The notes under the pieces: model-generated | Seen by the model: only the letters and a program-made list of their open reading frames with translations | The model's database searches: none | What the model was told of the DNA's origin: nothing | Shown: positions 15,881 to 32,295 of the stretch, in pieces | Numbering within the stretch: position 1 is the first letter of the stretch | Layout of the letters: the number at the start of each line of letters is the position of its first letter | Source of the DNA: the human T2T-CHM13v2.0 reference genome, Homo sapiens | DNA: 64,000 nt | NCBI RefSeq assembly: GCF_009914755.1 | Contig: NC_060930.1 | Direction: 5' to 3' (one strand) | Position numbers and translations under genes: made by a program

Positions 15881-15967
15881 TGTCAAGCACTGTTCTTCCC
15901 ACCATGCTATATTCCATGGTTTTTTCAACTTCATTCATTAGCCATGGAAGAAATCCTATCTCAATAT
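15881..15967 (-). CDS. RSPH3: RSPH3 exon 7 (87 nt; DIEIGFLPWLMNEVEKTMEYSMVGRTVLD)
   Basis: Acceptor ttattacag|AT, donor A|gtaagt. Confidence 0.95.
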
Positions 15968-16146
15968 CTGTAATAAAAGAATTCATTGATTTTCATGTAT
16001 TATCAGAGGAATAATGCGCTTTTCTCTTAATGTAATAGACTCATCAACATTGGTTTCTTAATATAAAATGTTAAGTAGACTCATACAGCATAACTTTTGC
16101 CATATTCCTTATATATGTTCTGGTCAGTTTCCTTTCTGTTGCATAA

Positions 16147-16460
<314 letters not shown>

Positions 16461-17069
16461 AATATTTTAAGAACTATGAGGCCTTCCTTGGAGTCAAGGC
16501 ATTTGGAGTTTCCTTCATAGGTGCAATCTGAGATGGATCAGGGAGGCAGGGGGAGGATGTGGGTTTGGGAGAACTCCAATCCAAATGCAATGCAAATCTG
16601 GGATTGAGCAATGCCAGTAAAAGAAAGTCTCCACCTGAAGCCCAGGGCCTAATGGAAGGAAGCTGATCAGACTCAGAGAATGCAGTGAGAGGGCATTTGA
16701 GGAGGCAGTCATCTAGAAATAGGTCAGAAACTAGGTGTTTCCATCAGTATCAAGTTTGTTCAAACTGAAATCTACTGTGTAAGCATTTTAAAAATATGGT
16801 CTATTACAATATACATTTTAAAGTTTCAAAATAGCATTTTTTGGGGCAGGCATCTAATTTTATTTTTCAATAGGATGAAATGGAGAGTGATAGAATATTA
16901 TATTCACTACTATAAATAATTTTTATCTCAGGTATGAATTTCATTTGCAAGCTTTTAAATGATCTATAACTTACTTTTTTGGTAATCTGTGATAGAAAAA
17001 AGGCTACTGGTCTCTCTGGCTAACAGTTAGAGTCCAAGCTAGAGCCCAGGACAGCAGGATGATAGCCGA

Positions 17070-17270
17070 GAATGAACACTGGACTTGGAGTCTGAGTTCC
17101 AAGTCAGTTTGAGGCCTAATATTTCCACTGCCTGAGGATTTGGGAGCAAGGCATTTAACTTCTCTGAGCTTCAGTTTCTATTTCTGAAAAAATGGGAATT
17201 CTATCTGACCTGTCTATCCTACAGGGTTATTGAGAGTATCAAATGATATCACCTATGAAAAATACTATGT
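17070..17270 (+). mobile_element. MIR
   Basis: Core 'tttaacttctctgagcttcagtttc'. Confidence 0.6.
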
Positions 17271-17769
17271 ATATTAATATTTGTCTGTGATCTGACCTCT
17301 TTGTATTGAATTGAATATGTAATCAGTGAAAATTATCATTACTAACATGTGTCCCAAGATACTACTGGCCAACAAAATAGGACCTATACACCAAGCACGG
17401 TGGATGTAAGTGCTTTTCACTCTGAGGAAGGTGGGTGGTGGTGAGGACATGCAACTCTTCCTTTCCACTGGCTGAGCAGCTAGGAACGTGGACTTTGAGG
17501 GGATACAGACAGACAGCTATCAGGCTATGGGCTCCCTAGTGGCAGAGATCAGGGATCCTTCTTTTTCTCCAATACCAAACACTGCCTGGAAGAGGGTAAG
17601 CGCCTAACTAAATGAATAAATGACCTTGATAGCTGCCCTCAAAGGGTTTTTGATTTGAATAAGTCAGCTGAGAAAAAGTTAATAACAACTACTTACGCAT
17701 ACACAGGACTTTATAGTTTACACAGTTTCATATATTTTATGACTTAACTCCTAAATAATTCTCATTTCA

Positions 17770-18063
17770 GGCTGGGCACGAGTGGCTCACGCCTCTAATC
17801 TCAGCTCTTTGGGAGGCCAAGGCAGGCGGATCACTTGAGGTCAGGACCAGCCTGGCCAACATGGCGAAACCCCGTCTCTACTAAAAAATACAAAAATTAG
17901 CTGGGCGTGGTAGCAGGTGCCTGTAATCTCAGCTACTCGGAAGGCCGAGGCAGGGAGAATTGCTTGAACCCAGGAGGCGGAGGTTGCAGTGAGCCAAGAT
18001 TGCGCCACTACACTCCATCCTGGGCAAAAGAATGAGACTCTGTCTCAAAAAAAAAAAAAAAAA
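17770..18063 (+). mobile_element. AluS
   Basis: Alu consensus match. Confidence 0.9.
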
Positions 18064-18391
18064 TTCCTCATTTCTCACATGAAGAAACTGGAGGTCATCA
18101 AGCTAGCTAATGATAAAGCTGCAACCCAAACTCAAGTTTTCAATACCAAGTCCATATTTCTTTCTACTATACAAATGTTGCTTCTCAATAAACAAATACT
18201 AATATCCTTAAATCAAGATCTTTAAAATATACATCTCATTAACAACTGTACTTACTTTAAACAACTAAAATTGACTTTGTGTCAGAAATAGAAAGACTCC
18301 AATTCAAAATAAAAATGGACATAAGATAAATTTGAACCATTAAGAGGATGCTTATTACAACAAAATTAATCTAACAAAAATATCTACAAAC

Positions 18392-18554
18392 CTCTTTCAA
18401 TGGGATCATAAAAGTAGCCACTATCCCTGAGGCTGCCAAAAACAGACGGGAGAAGGTCAGCCAGGTAACGCTGTGCAAATGCTCGGGCGGCGATTTTTTG
18501 TGATGTCTCGTTGTGCTTGTGCATTATTTCCCACTGCTGTTTCTTACGCCGTTC
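18392..18554 (-). CDS. RSPH3: RSPH3 exon 6 (163 nt; ERRKKQQWEIMHKHNETSQKIAARAFAQRYLADLLPSVFGSLRDSGYFYDPIER)
   Basis: Acceptor ttggcag|GAA, donor G|gtttgt. Frame is continuous. Confidence 0.95.
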
Positions 18555-20102
18555 CTGCCAAGAACGACAGAGGTGGTTATTTAGCTCTTATGCCCTCCCC
18601 AAGTGCTGAATCTAGTGAAGTTAGTAAGTACAAGAATCCAGACTTATCAAAAAATGGACAGCGAGGTGTCTATCTATTAAAGGTTCATATTTTTCATCAA
18701 AAATTTAATGAATTTCAACAGCTAGTGGCTACTGAATTCAGGAAGTTATGAAAGATGGAATTTAAGGTAAAACATGTCACTATTCAAGTAAAATAATTTC
18801 AAGACATAATGCTTGACAGTATAGATGGTAGCAAAAAGATAATCACCATTATATGTATTTTAAATTAATATTATCATGAAATATTACTGGTAAGAAAAAT
18901 TACCAGTGGGCCAATGAATGAGTTCATTTGTAATAATTCCCTGAATTTGTAAAGCTGAATGGTTCTGAAGATTATGAAAGCCTCTTATTTTTTGTTGTTG
19001 CTTCCTTTAGACCATGTAATATTTATAAAGGTGATGAATCCTGTTCTCTACTCTCATGTGGAAGTGGGAGCATTAATACGTTTTCTAATTAAATCTATTT
19101 TCAAACTTTAAACAAATATAAATCTAGGTGATTCTTGTATCCAGTTTTCCATAATATGTTTCCAAATAGTAAATAAACAAATATTTTTTGATAAAGACTT
19201 CACGACTCATTTCAACAAAGTTTATTTTGCCACAGTTTTTTTATATCTATAAATTTGCACAATCCTTATTGTAAGCCCTATGCTCTTTACACAACTAAGT
19301 ATTCATCTTAGAATTAAAGTCCATTTGATAGGTATTGAGTAGGATTTCCCAACAATTATGCTACTTTTCACAGCATAGTAAGTTAGGCCCCTTGGGAATT
19401 TTTTCTTAACTGTTTCAGGTATTAAGATATGACTTTATAATTTGTTCATCAGTATACAACAAAGGCTGACAGTTATTGCCAGAACCAGAAAGACTATCTT
19501 TTCTAGTGCTTCCTAACTGTAGGCTACTGGCACATGTAAAAAAACTGGATTGTAAACCTTTCCTTATTGAAGATTCTAAAAATCTAGAATCTGAAAAATA
19601 TTCTACGAGAACCCAAATAGGTCTGGTGTGTCACCAAGGGTATAAAGAAGGGCCTGGTCACCGAGAAAAAGAATCAGAATTCTATCCAGATCCCCTGCTT
19701 TTTACCCACAGTCTCTCTCCAATACATTCACTTTTTCCTTCCTTCCATCTTTCTGCCACTGACTTATGGCAAACCAACATACATCTTTCTTTCTTTAGGA
19801 CTCCTGATATTTAAGAGAGTCTTCCAACTGGCACACATGTAACTTAGGAACTTTCACTTCATTTAGAAACTTTTGGAAACTCAATTTAGGTATATTTATG
19901 TAAGCTGGAGTTTAAAAGATGTAATTCCGTCCATGAAAGATCTATGATCTATAGGAGAGACTTGAGCAAAAATACTATAGATCTTTTTCTAATATATTCC
20001 CAAAGATCTTTAGTTTTATGATATATCATCACATGTAATTTTGAACATAATATGCTAACTAGCCAAAAGACTGCCTAAGAAAGAAAATATAATTATATAT
20101 AC

Positions 20103-20306
20103 TTTTTCTTCTCGGTGTCGCCTCTCTTGCTCTTCAAGTCGTTGAACTTCAGCACGTTCACTATTCCGTAGTTCTTCATACTCACGCTGACTGGCCCGCA
20201 GGTTAGCCAGCTCTTCTTCTTCCATTACTTCCAGAAGAGACTGCTCAATTGTCTTCCCCACCAAAACTTCTAACACTGGTTTAACTTCAAGATCAAAGTC
20301 AAAGAG
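20103..20306 (-). CDS. RSPH3: RSPH3 exon 5 (204 nt; LFDFDLEVKPVLEVLVGKTIEQSLLEV...RHREEK), includes the putative PKA-RII-binding amphipathic helix
   Basis: Within ORF 20055..20315. Acceptor tttaag|CTC, donor AAA|gtatat. Confidence 0.96.
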
Positions 20307-21279
20307 CTTAAACATACAAAATAAAGCAAACTTAAAATTTTAATTACGAATCAAATGCTCAACAAAAATATAATGAATAGCAATAACAAGATATTATTTA
20401 TTAAGTGTCTCCTGTGTGCCAGACACTGTGCTGGTGCTTTATTCATGGTTTCTAATCCTCAAAATGAACAACATTTTGTTTACAGGCAAAAATCTGTTAA
20501 GTCAAAGTTATGAAAAAAACCTACGCATTCATCAAAATGAACCCTGACACTGAAGAGAAATATCCTCGTCTGTCTTATTCTTTGCCTTTTCTGTTTGATT
20601 TTTATTTATTTTTAAATAACAGTTTGATGAATGAAGGAACAAGAATGAGAGATATTTTGGTGATTCATTGCTAGGATTTATAGGCAAATATAACTTTCAG
20701 GTAGCTTCTGAAGATTTATTTTATTTCCCAATTTCAATGACAGTTCTTTCAAGTTCCCACAAGTGTTAAAACTCACTTAGGTCATTATGAACATAATCAT
20801 TGCCTTCTCTTCTTCAATTTCATAAACAGGCCTATTTATGCATTCCACACTGATAGAAAAATGTAATTATTAAAATTTTTTTTTTAAATGAGAGAATATC
20901 TTTACAAAAGTTAAATAATCCAAAAGCAACTAACTGTGGAATTTTTTATACCAGGGATATTATTTTTCCCTATTTAGTACAAATCTATCTTATACATATA
21001 TACATTAAGCAAGCATATAAACAAACAAAAATCAAATGTGGAAATATTCTAAAAATATTTCAAATGATTTTGTTTTTAATCAGCAAAGAAATCGGAACAT
21101 GGTATGTTAAAACATTTCTGAGTACTATATGATAAAACCATTATAGATAATATCTGGAAAGAAATCCAAGAAGTAGAATCTGATTGTGAAGTGGTTCTTG
21201 CTCATATTAAGCATTATCTACACCTAACTTTACCTCATTTATAAAGATTATAGAGGGAAGCCCAAAGGATGTACTGTAC

Positions 21280-21425
21280 CTCTCCTTCTAGTATTTGGGT
21301 GGCCACATCTTTGCCAGTTTTGGCAGGAATAAAGAGTGGTGTTGGTGGTCTGTCCAAAAATGCATCTGTTTGGCATTCCATATCAACTTCTATTATGCGA
21401 TCAGCAATTTCTTCAAGGTATAATT
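21280..21425 (-). CDS. RSPH3: RSPH3 exon 4 (146 nt; ELYLEEIADRIIEVDMECQTDAFLDRPPTPLFIPAKTGKDVATQILEGE)
   Basis: Within ORF 21235..21441. Acceptor ttcttag|AA, donor GAG|gtacag. Confidence 0.96.
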
Positions 21426-21468
21426 CTAAGAAGAATATCATATATATCGAGTTTAAAATTCTGGTCTA

Positions 21469-21760
<292 letters not shown>

Positions 21761-22049
21761 AAAATTCTGGTCTATTTCAAGCATATATGTGTATTTGAAA
21801 TTTTAGCTCCTTCAAAACATATTTAAATGAATCAGAAAATAAGTATTAGAATAAAAGTGCTCAAATGGGCTTACCTCACATACTGAACTAAGAGTTTTTA
21901 AATATTTGGAAGACCATAGATAGAGTTAGGCTAGAACATTTACTGAATGTCTAGAAAGCACTGAGCTTTGTATTTGAAAATGGAACTAAAGAAGAACATG
22001 AGACCGTAGATGTGTATAAGATGCAGAGTACAACAGTGGATAAAAAGTC

Positions 22050-22051
<2 letters not shown>

Positions 22052-22085
<34 letters not shown>
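22052..22085. repeat. (TA)n microsatellite
   Basis: Direct inspection. Confidence 0.9.
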
Positions 22086-22088
<3 letters not shown>

Positions 22089-22244
22089 AGTCCTAAGATA
22101 GTAAACATATACAGATTTGAAAATTCCTGGATAGTTAAAAAAATCATGTACCAAGTCACCAGGTTATTTGATATTCCCTCTACACTACAGATTATAAACA
22201 GATGTATGAAAACAAATTTCATGTTAGGAGTAATTTATATGAGG

Positions 22245-22440
22245 CAGGGGTAATGTGGTATCAAGCAAAGAACATGAGCACTAGAGTCAGATGTTGGGCA
22301 TAGGACTTGGCCAAGTCATGTCCTCTCTGGGCCTCAGTTTCTTCATTTGGAAAATGGGCTATAACTACCTGTCACACAGAATCTTTGTAATAATGAAGGA
22401 AATACACAGATAAAGGACCTGGTTCAGTCTCTGAGGAAAT
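22245..22440 (+). mobile_element. MIR
   Basis: Core 'ctctctgggcctcagtttcttcatttggaaaatggg'. Confidence 0.65.
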
Positions 22441-23062
22441 AGCCAAAAAAAGCTGGCTGCTATTATATCACTTAATATTCTGATGGTGTAAAGAAACATG
22501 AAAACTTAGCTCTTTGGTTAATGACAGCCATACACTCATTCTAGACTTGGCCTAAAGGCAGGGGTTAAAGCATGGAATGGTCCCTTTTGCCTTTACCATG
22601 CAGAAATAATCCCGATGGATCCACTCACCATCTTGGAAGGGTACAAAGTGAACCTGAAGTAGTGACAGTGGTCCAAGGAAAACACCAAGCACTGTCTGAT
22701 GACCAAGATTCTGTCAACAACACAGCTAGACCCTATAGGACCAGGTAAGCCTCTACAGCTGAGCAGAGCGAGACAAGTACGCAAATCCTGGCACCTGTCT
22801 CAGGGGTGCCTGTGTGGCCCTGGGGAATGTGCACAGCGACAGAACCAGAGGACAGAAGAGGCTGGTGTGAGAGGCAGACGACTCAGATGGGAGTGGGTTT
22901 ACTAATCTCAAAAGACAAACAAAAGGACAAAATAGAACTATATTGGTCTCCTTTCCTGTAAGTCCTAATGAAAAGAACAGTGATTCATGTTGGGCTATGA
23001 GAAAGGATCCCAGTTTGAGAACAGAATATGTGAAAACTGCTAAGAGAGAATTTGGTCACAAA

Positions 23063-23801
<739 letters not shown>

Positions 23802-23889
23802 TAAGTAATACAAAGGCCAAATAAAAATGAACTGACATAGACAACTGAGTAAACCAAGAGGACACAATGCCAAGGGCACAGTCACACAC

Positions 23890-24031
23890 CTGTTTGCACA
23901 TCGACATGCTTTCTGCCTTCCACAGGTTCAGGTGTTTGTGGTCTGAGCTGCTCTTGGGCTTGTTTTCTGGCAAGAGCCCTCTTCCTAGCCTCCCGTTGTC
24001 TCTGGAGCTCTAGAGAATCAGGCCGTCCGAG
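23890..24031 (-). CDS. RSPH3: RSPH3 exon 3 (142 nt; LGRPDSLELQRQREARKRALARKQAQEQLRPQTPEPVEGRKHVDVQT)
   Basis: Acceptor ctgttag|CTC, donor G|gtgtgt. Frame is continuous with exons 2 and 4. Confidence 0.95.
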
Positions 24032-26654
24032 CTAACAGTGATAGAAAATACTTCTAGAATTTAGAAAATATTTATTAAAGCATACAGGAACTGCCATTCC
24101 AAAAGCAATTCCTGAGTAGTATAAAGGCATTTGTCATAATGTTTCTTGATTATCAGTAACTTCATTAAAATTGTATTGGTACTTTGTCAGATAATTACAA
24201 AGATGTTTGACAAAGCATAAAAGCAACTTCAAAGTATGGCTGTTAACTGGAATATATGGGTGCACAATCCTATCTATATATTTAGAAAAATAATAAAAAC
24301 ATTTCCTTTTTAATTTATTCATTGACCTGCTGATCATTCAGGAACATGCTGTTTAATTTCTATGTATTTTTGTAGCTTCCAAGATTCCTCTTATTATTGA
24401 TTTCTAGTTTTACTTCATTGTGGTCAGCAAAGATATTCGATATGATTTCTACTTTTTTGAATTTGTTCAGACATGTTTTGTGGCCTAAGATATGGTCTAT
24501 TCTGAAGAATGATCCATGTGCTGAAGAAAAAAAATGTGTACTCTGCAGAAGATGGATAAAATGCTCTATAAATATCAGTTAGTCCTAATAGGTCTAGTGT
24601 GAAGTTTAACACCAATTTTCTTTTCTTTCTTTTTCTTTTTTTCCTGATTTTCTGTTTGGATTATCTATTCATTACTGAGAACAGGTTGTTAAAGTCTCCT
24701 AATATTAATGCAGTCTATCTCTCCCTTTAGATCTATTCATGTTTGCTTTATATAGTTGGGAGCTCTGGTGTTGGGTGCATGGATATTTATCATTGTTACA
24801 TCCTCTGGCTGAATTGATCACTTTATTATTACAGAGTGACTGTGTTTCTTTTTACAGTCTTTGATTTGTAGTTTATCTGATGTAAGTATACTCATGCTCT
24901 TTTTTGGTTTCTAGTTGCATGGAAAATCTTTTTCCATCCCTTTACTTTCAGTCTATGTGTGTCTCTGTAGGTGAAGTGGGTTTCTTGAAGGAGCATATAG
25001 TTGGGTCTCGTTCCTTTATCCAATCAGCTCTTCTATGCCTTTTAATTGGAGAACCGAGTCCTCTTACATTCAGTGTTATTATTGATAAAGCAAGGACTTA
25101 CTACTACCATTCTGTTGCTTATTTTCTGGTTGTTTTGTATCTCCTTCCTTCTTTATTGTCTTTCTTTGTGTTAAGTGACTTTATCTGGTAGTATATTTTA
25201 GTTTGTTGCTTTTAATTTTTGGTGAATCTATTACAGATTTTTGCATTGTGGTTACCATGAGGCTTATAAAAAACATAGATATAACAAGTTGTTTGCAGAG
25301 ATGACAACTTATCTTAGATCACAAAGAACAGAAGCAAAGAAAAAAAGAAAAAAAATTCTACACTTTAACTCCATCCCCCCACATACTAACTTTTAGCTGT
25401 CTCATTGCACATATTTTTATATCACCTACCTCTTAACAGGTTGCTGCAGCTATTACTGTTTTTGATAGTTGTCTTTTGGGCCTCATAGTAGAATTATGAG
25501 TGGACCGCATACCACAGTTATAGTATGAGAGTATTCTAGGTTTGTCTATGTACTTAATTTAACCAGTAAGTTTCATACCTTCAAATGTTTTCTTTTGGCA
25601 CATTAGTGTTTTTTGTTGCTGTTGTTCAGGCTGAAGAATTCCCTTCAACACTTCTTGTAAGATGGGCGTGGTGGTGCTGAATTTGCTCAGCTTTTATTTG
25701 TCTAGGAAAGACTATCTCTCCTTCATATTTGAGGGATAACTTTGTGGATACAATATTGTTACATGATTTTTTTTCTTTCAGCACTTTGAAAATATCACCC
25801 CAGTCCCTCCTGGTCATCTCACTCCCTCCTGGCCTGTACAGTTTCCACTGAGAAGTCTGCTGCCAGATGGATTGGAGCTCCTTCATGTATGCTATTTGCT
25901 TCTTTTCTCTTGCTGCTTTTGGGATTCTTTTTTTGTCCTTGACCTTTGAGAGCTTGATTATTCTATGGGGTATTATTTGGGGTGAATCTGTTTGGTATTC
26001 TCTGGCCTTCCTGTACCTGGATATCTATCTCTTTCTCAAGTTTTGGAAAGTTTTCTGTTAGTATTTCTTAAAACAAGCTTCCCACTCCTTGCTCTTGCTC
26101 AATTCCCTCTTGAACACAAGTAATTCTTAGCTTTGATCCTTTGGGGGTAATTTTCTATATCTTATAAGCAGTCTTTGTTTCTTCTCATTCTTTTTTCTCC
26201 TCAGACTGTGTATTTTCAAATAGTCTGTCTTTGTCTTCATGTTCACTGATCCTTTCCTCTGCTTGATTCATTCTGTTGTTGAAAGCCTCTAATAAATTTT
26301 TCAGTTCAACAAATGTATTACTCAGCTCCAAGATTTCTGCTTGATTTTTAAAAATTATTTCAATCTCTTTGTTACATTTCTCTAACAAATTTCTAAATTG
26401 CTTTTCTGTGTTATCTTAGACATCGCTGAATTTCCTTAAGACTGCTATTTTGAATTTTTGGTCAAAGAGCTCACATCCTGCCATCTCATTAGGGCCAGTT
26501 ACTGATTCCTTGCTTTGTCCCTTTAAGTAGGTCATGGTTCTCTGTTTGCTGTTGTTTCATGTGGATGGACGTCTATGTCTCTGCACTGAAGGATTATTTA
26601 ATCCAGTCTAATCTGTCTGGCTTGTTTTGCTTTTTATTGGATATATTTTCTTAG

Positions 26655-26972
<318 letters not shown>

Positions 26973-27406
26973 TAGATTGCTGCCTCCTTTTTGGCTCTAG
27001 GTGGTGCCTTAAGGCCAGGTTCACCTGGCTCTAGTAAATGATCAGAGCACTGCCCATCCTGAATGGGGGAGGTCCCAAAGGGGATACACTGGTAGTGTGA
27101 CTGGCTAGGGGTTTGTGCCCAGGGGACCGGTACAATGTTATCTCCTACAATGTGGTGCTGCTGAACAGCCACTCTGATTTGGTGTTTCCTTTGGTTGAGT
27201 TATACAGCAGAGTGTCCAGGGCTGGAGATGGTAGTCTCACCTCCCCATTTTGTTTTTGGCTGTACTCAGGGGTATTTCTCTCTTCAGGAACTCATGATGC
27301 TTCTGGTGGGTTGAATTTCCTGCCAGGAAACCCAACATGGTAGGGAAACTAGTTGTCCACCTTGATCTTTTTCCAGTGCAGAAATCACAAGTCAGAGATA
27401 AATCCT

Positions 27407-27848
27407 TGCGATGGTTAATACTGAGTGTCAACTTGATTGGATTGAAGGATACCAAGTACTGATCCTGGGTGTGTCTCAGGGTGTTGCCAAAAGAGACTAT
27501 CATCTGAGTCAGTAGGCTGGGAAAGGCAGACCCACCCTTAATCGGGGTGGGCACAATCTAATCAACTGCCAGAGTGGCTAGAATATAAGCAGGCAGAAAA
27601 ATGTGGAAAGAGAGACTGGCCTAGCCCCCCAGCCTACATCTTTCTCCTGTGCTGGATGCTTCCTGCCCTTGAACACTGAACTCCAAGTTCTTCAGTTTTG
27701 GAGCCTGGACTGGCTCTCCTTGCTCCTCAGCCTGCAGATGGCCTATTGTGGGACCTCGTGATTGTGTGACTTAATACTTAATAAACTCTCCTTTATATAT
27801 ATATATATCTATTCCATTTGTTCTGTCCCTCTAGAGAACCCTAATACA
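27407..27848 (+). mobile_element. MLT2A1 (ERVL) solo LTR
   Basis: TG...CA termini, 442 bp, TSD ATCCT, AATAAA at 27780-27785; matches the MLT2A1 consensus I recall. Confidence 0.85.
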
Positions 27849-28099
27849 ATCCTCCACACCCTTAGTGCCAGGCAGACTAGAAGGAGAGATACTGTAGACA
27901 TGAACGTCTGATTCTCCTACCATCTCCTTGAAGCTTTTTCACTTTTCTGTAGCCCTGGGAACTGCTTCTTCCTTCAACTTGAGCTTTAGAATATTGCTGG
28001 TGGTAATCTTGGCACTGTACATTTGTTCTTGATTTTCTTTTGCAGGGGGAGTGAAGCCAGCCTGCTTCTATGCTGCCATTTTGGAACTCCTGAAAAATA

Positions 28100-29390
28100 T
28101 TTTCACTGGATTAGAATTAGAGCTTGATAGTTCTTTAAGGACTTGAAAAATATTGTGCCACTTTCTTGTCTCCATGTTTTAGGTAAGAAATCCACTGCCA
28201 TTTAAATCATTGTTCTCCTTTAGCTAACGTGTAATTTCTTTCTGGCTAATTTCAAAATGTTTTTTTTTTTAATTTTCAAAAGTTTGATCTTGATTTGTCT
28301 CGGGTAGATTTCTTTGGGTTTATCCTCTTGGGGGGTCACTTGGCTTCTTGGATCTGTAGGCCTTTTGCCAAATTTGTGGAATTTTCAAGCACGATTTCTT
28401 CAAATATTTTTCCATCTCATAGTTTTCCTCCTCTCCTTCTAGGATTCCAACAACATGAATGTAAATCTTTGTGATTGTTCTTCAGCTCTCTCAGCCTTTT
28501 TTTTTTTTTTTTGGTCTATTTTCTCTCTGTTCAGCTGGATAACTTCCGTTCTTCATTGATTCTTCTTCAAATTTACTGACTGTTTCCTATGCCATTTCCA
28601 ATGTACTACTGAGTCCATCCAGTGAGTTTATTTTAGTTATTGTATTTTTCAGTTCTATAAGTTTCCATTTGGTTCACTTTTGTATCTTGTATTTCTTTGC
28701 TAAGATTTTTTTATTTGTTTCAAGAGTGTCTATAATTGCTCACTTTTCATTGAAACATTTTTGATTGTTGCTTTAAAATCCTTGTCAGGTAATTCCCACA
28801 TCTGAGTCATCTTGGTTTTGTCATTTCTTGATTGTCTTTCCTCATGCAAGTTGTGACTGTCCTGATTCTTGTATGATGAATGATTTTTGTTTGTATCCTG
28901 GCTATTTTGGGTATTATATTTTAAGACTTTGGATTCTATTTAATTTTTCAGTAGGAAGTCACCCTTTTTGTTTTAGTGCACAAGCCTGAGTGGGGTTGGA
29001 AGTTCAACTTCCTGCTGGGCCCCACTGACACCACCTCAACAAAAGCAGAGGGTCAACTTGTACCAACACATTGGTGCCAGGTGGGGGTGGTAGTTCAGCT
29101 CCTTTCTAGGCTCTGTCGACACTGGTGGTGGTGTAGGGCGAGTGCAGCATTGACTAGCACTGCCTCATACCACCTTGTTACTACCAGATAGGACTGCAAT
29201 TCAGCTACCCCACTGGGTTTGCTGGCACCACCCCAGAAAGAGTGGGGCACTGACTTGTGCCATCTCCTACTACCTCATTGGTACTGGGTGAAGGTGACAG
29301 TTCAGCTTCCTGCTCCACCCTTGTTGATACCACCTCAGTGGGAGAAGCAGGGAACCCCTGGAGGTTCTAATGCAGGAGATCCAGGATAGG
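28100..29390 (-). mobile_element. Older L1M 5'/ORF1 fragment
   Basis: Sequence resembles antisense L1 ORF1. Confidence 0.55.
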
Positions 29391-29693
29391 GCTGAAGTGT
29401 ATATACATACATACATATATATATGTTTATTAAGTTAACCATTGCTTCAGACTAATAGATGTTCCCCAACTTATGTGGTTTATGATTTTTCAGCTTTATG
29501 ATGATACAAAAGTATCCACAGAAAATGTACTTTGAATACTCATACAACCATTCTATTTTTCACTTTAATATTTCATAAATTATATGAGATATTCAGTACT
29601 TTATTATAAAATAGGCTTTGTGTTAGATGATTTTTCCCAACTGTAGGCTAATGAGCACTGTTTTTTTTTTTTTTTTTTTTGTAGACAGGGTCT

Positions 29694-30261
<568 letters not shown>

Positions 30262-30736
30262 TAAATTCATTTTCAGTGTTCAGTGGGTTTATTGGGACGT
30301 AACCTCATCCTAAGTGGAGGAGCATCTCTATCACCATCTTGTATTAGGCACTTACATGTCATATACTGTTTATGGATTCATCTGTATTTCATTTCTGTGC
30401 CAAGAACTCACCACCCTTAATATCATACCATGTCTTACTCATCTCTGTATCCTAGGTACCCAGAACAGGACCTAAAACTCAATAAATATTTGTTGAGTGA
30501 ATTAAAGAAGCAGAATTCAGACTTTTTGATTAAATAATGATAATTGTATTAGAGTATGAGATAATCTAAACAAATCTAGATGCAATAGACAAGTGCCACT
30601 CAAAATGTGGGCCTCTGGCTAGTGTCTATAAACTATTTGAACTGGTCTGTAACAATTTAAGTACAGAAATTGAGAGTAAAGGTTTAGAAATGTTTAGAAT
30701 GGCAGAGTTCTGTTGAATCGAATGAAAAATTGGGGC

Positions 30737-31025
<289 letters not shown>

Positions 31026-31059
31026 AACTGGGGCTTGCTTTTTTTTTTTTTTTTTTTAG

Positions 31060-31280
31060 CTAATTCTTTTTTTGTGGTAAAACACACATAATGTAAAATT
31101 TATCACCTTAACCATTTTTAAGTATAAAATTCAGTGGTATTAATTACATTCACATTGTTCTATCACTGTCACCATCCTCTATCTCCGGAACTCTTTTCAC
31201 CTTGCAAAACTGAAACTCTACACTCATTAAACAATAACTCCCTCCCTGGTCCCCTCATCCCCCAGCTCCTGGAAACTGTC
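31060..31280 (-). mobile_element. L1MB-type 3' end fragment
   Basis: Motif 'taaaatttatcaccttaaccatttttaagt...aaactgaaactcta'. Confidence 0.6.
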
Positions 31281-31448
31281 ACTGGGCTTCTATTTGTATG
31301 TCTTTTTAAAAATTTCATTTTTATAGTAATTCATCTTTATTTTATGAATGTTTTAGTCTGCAACGGATTAGAAATTAACACCAAGAAACTGATCCTTCCC
31401 CATAGATAATGTGAGAACACGGTGTTAGACTATTCAAACTGAACTTAC

Positions 31449-31536
31449 CAGTGGCCCTGTCTGGAGTGCATAAGTGTTACCTCGAATTACCCTTCTGTCA
31501 TACATTATGTTTCCATAATGCATAGGTTCTTCATCT
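31449..31536 (-). CDS. RSPH3: RSPH3 exon 2 (88 nt; DEEPMHYGNIMYDRRVIRGNTYALQTGPL)
   Basis: Acceptor ttttacag|A, donor CTG|gtaagt. Contains the conserved radial-spoke-3 motif NIMYDRRVIRGNTY. Phase is compatible with exon 1. Confidence 0.96.
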
Positions 31537-32063
31537 CTGTAAAACAGAAAATTCTGTATAACCACTTTAATAGAGTATTGGTATCTATGAAGTAACTCAT
31601 TTTCAATAGGATTTAGACTAAAATCAATATATTTTAAGAAAATAAATTTCTGTTTTAGTGTGGTCCATAAAATAAGGAGGTAAATGGATACAATTTATGT
31701 AATGCTTACTATATGCCAGGTCCTTCATGTACATTATTTTATTTATTATTCACAATAAGCTGCAAGTTGGGAATTATGATTCCTTTTTCAGAAGGGGAAA
31801 CAGACTCAGGAATCTGCCAAAGGTCACCTTGCTAGTAAGTGGCAGGACTAGATTTAGGTTGTAAATCTGTATGACTTTAGGAAATATGAAAATGTCCCAT
31901 TTGAAAAGGAGCCTTCTTTAAAGTACTGAAAAAAGCTTGATTCAAAGATTGAAAAGTTACACTAATAAAAAAATGAGGCTTAAAAATTAAGTCAATTTTC
32001 TCATTGTTCTTTAAACCCAAATATATTTTTTAAAGTTATTGTTTAAAATGTTAATACTATTTT

Positions 32064-32295
32064 CCAGCCTGGCCAACATGGTGAAACGCTGTCTCTACTA
32101 AAAATACAAAATTAGCCAGGCCTGGTGGCCTGCACCTGTAATCCCAGCTGCTCTGGAGCCTGAGGCATGATAATGGTTTCAGCCCAGGAGGCAGAGGTTG
32201 CTGTGAGCTGAGATTGGGCTACTGAACTCCAGCCTAGGAGACAGAGAAAGACTTTGTCTCAAAAAATAAATAAATAAATAAGAAATAAAATAAAA
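32064..32295 (+). mobile_element. AluS, 5'-truncated
   Basis: Alu consensus match. Confidence 0.85.
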
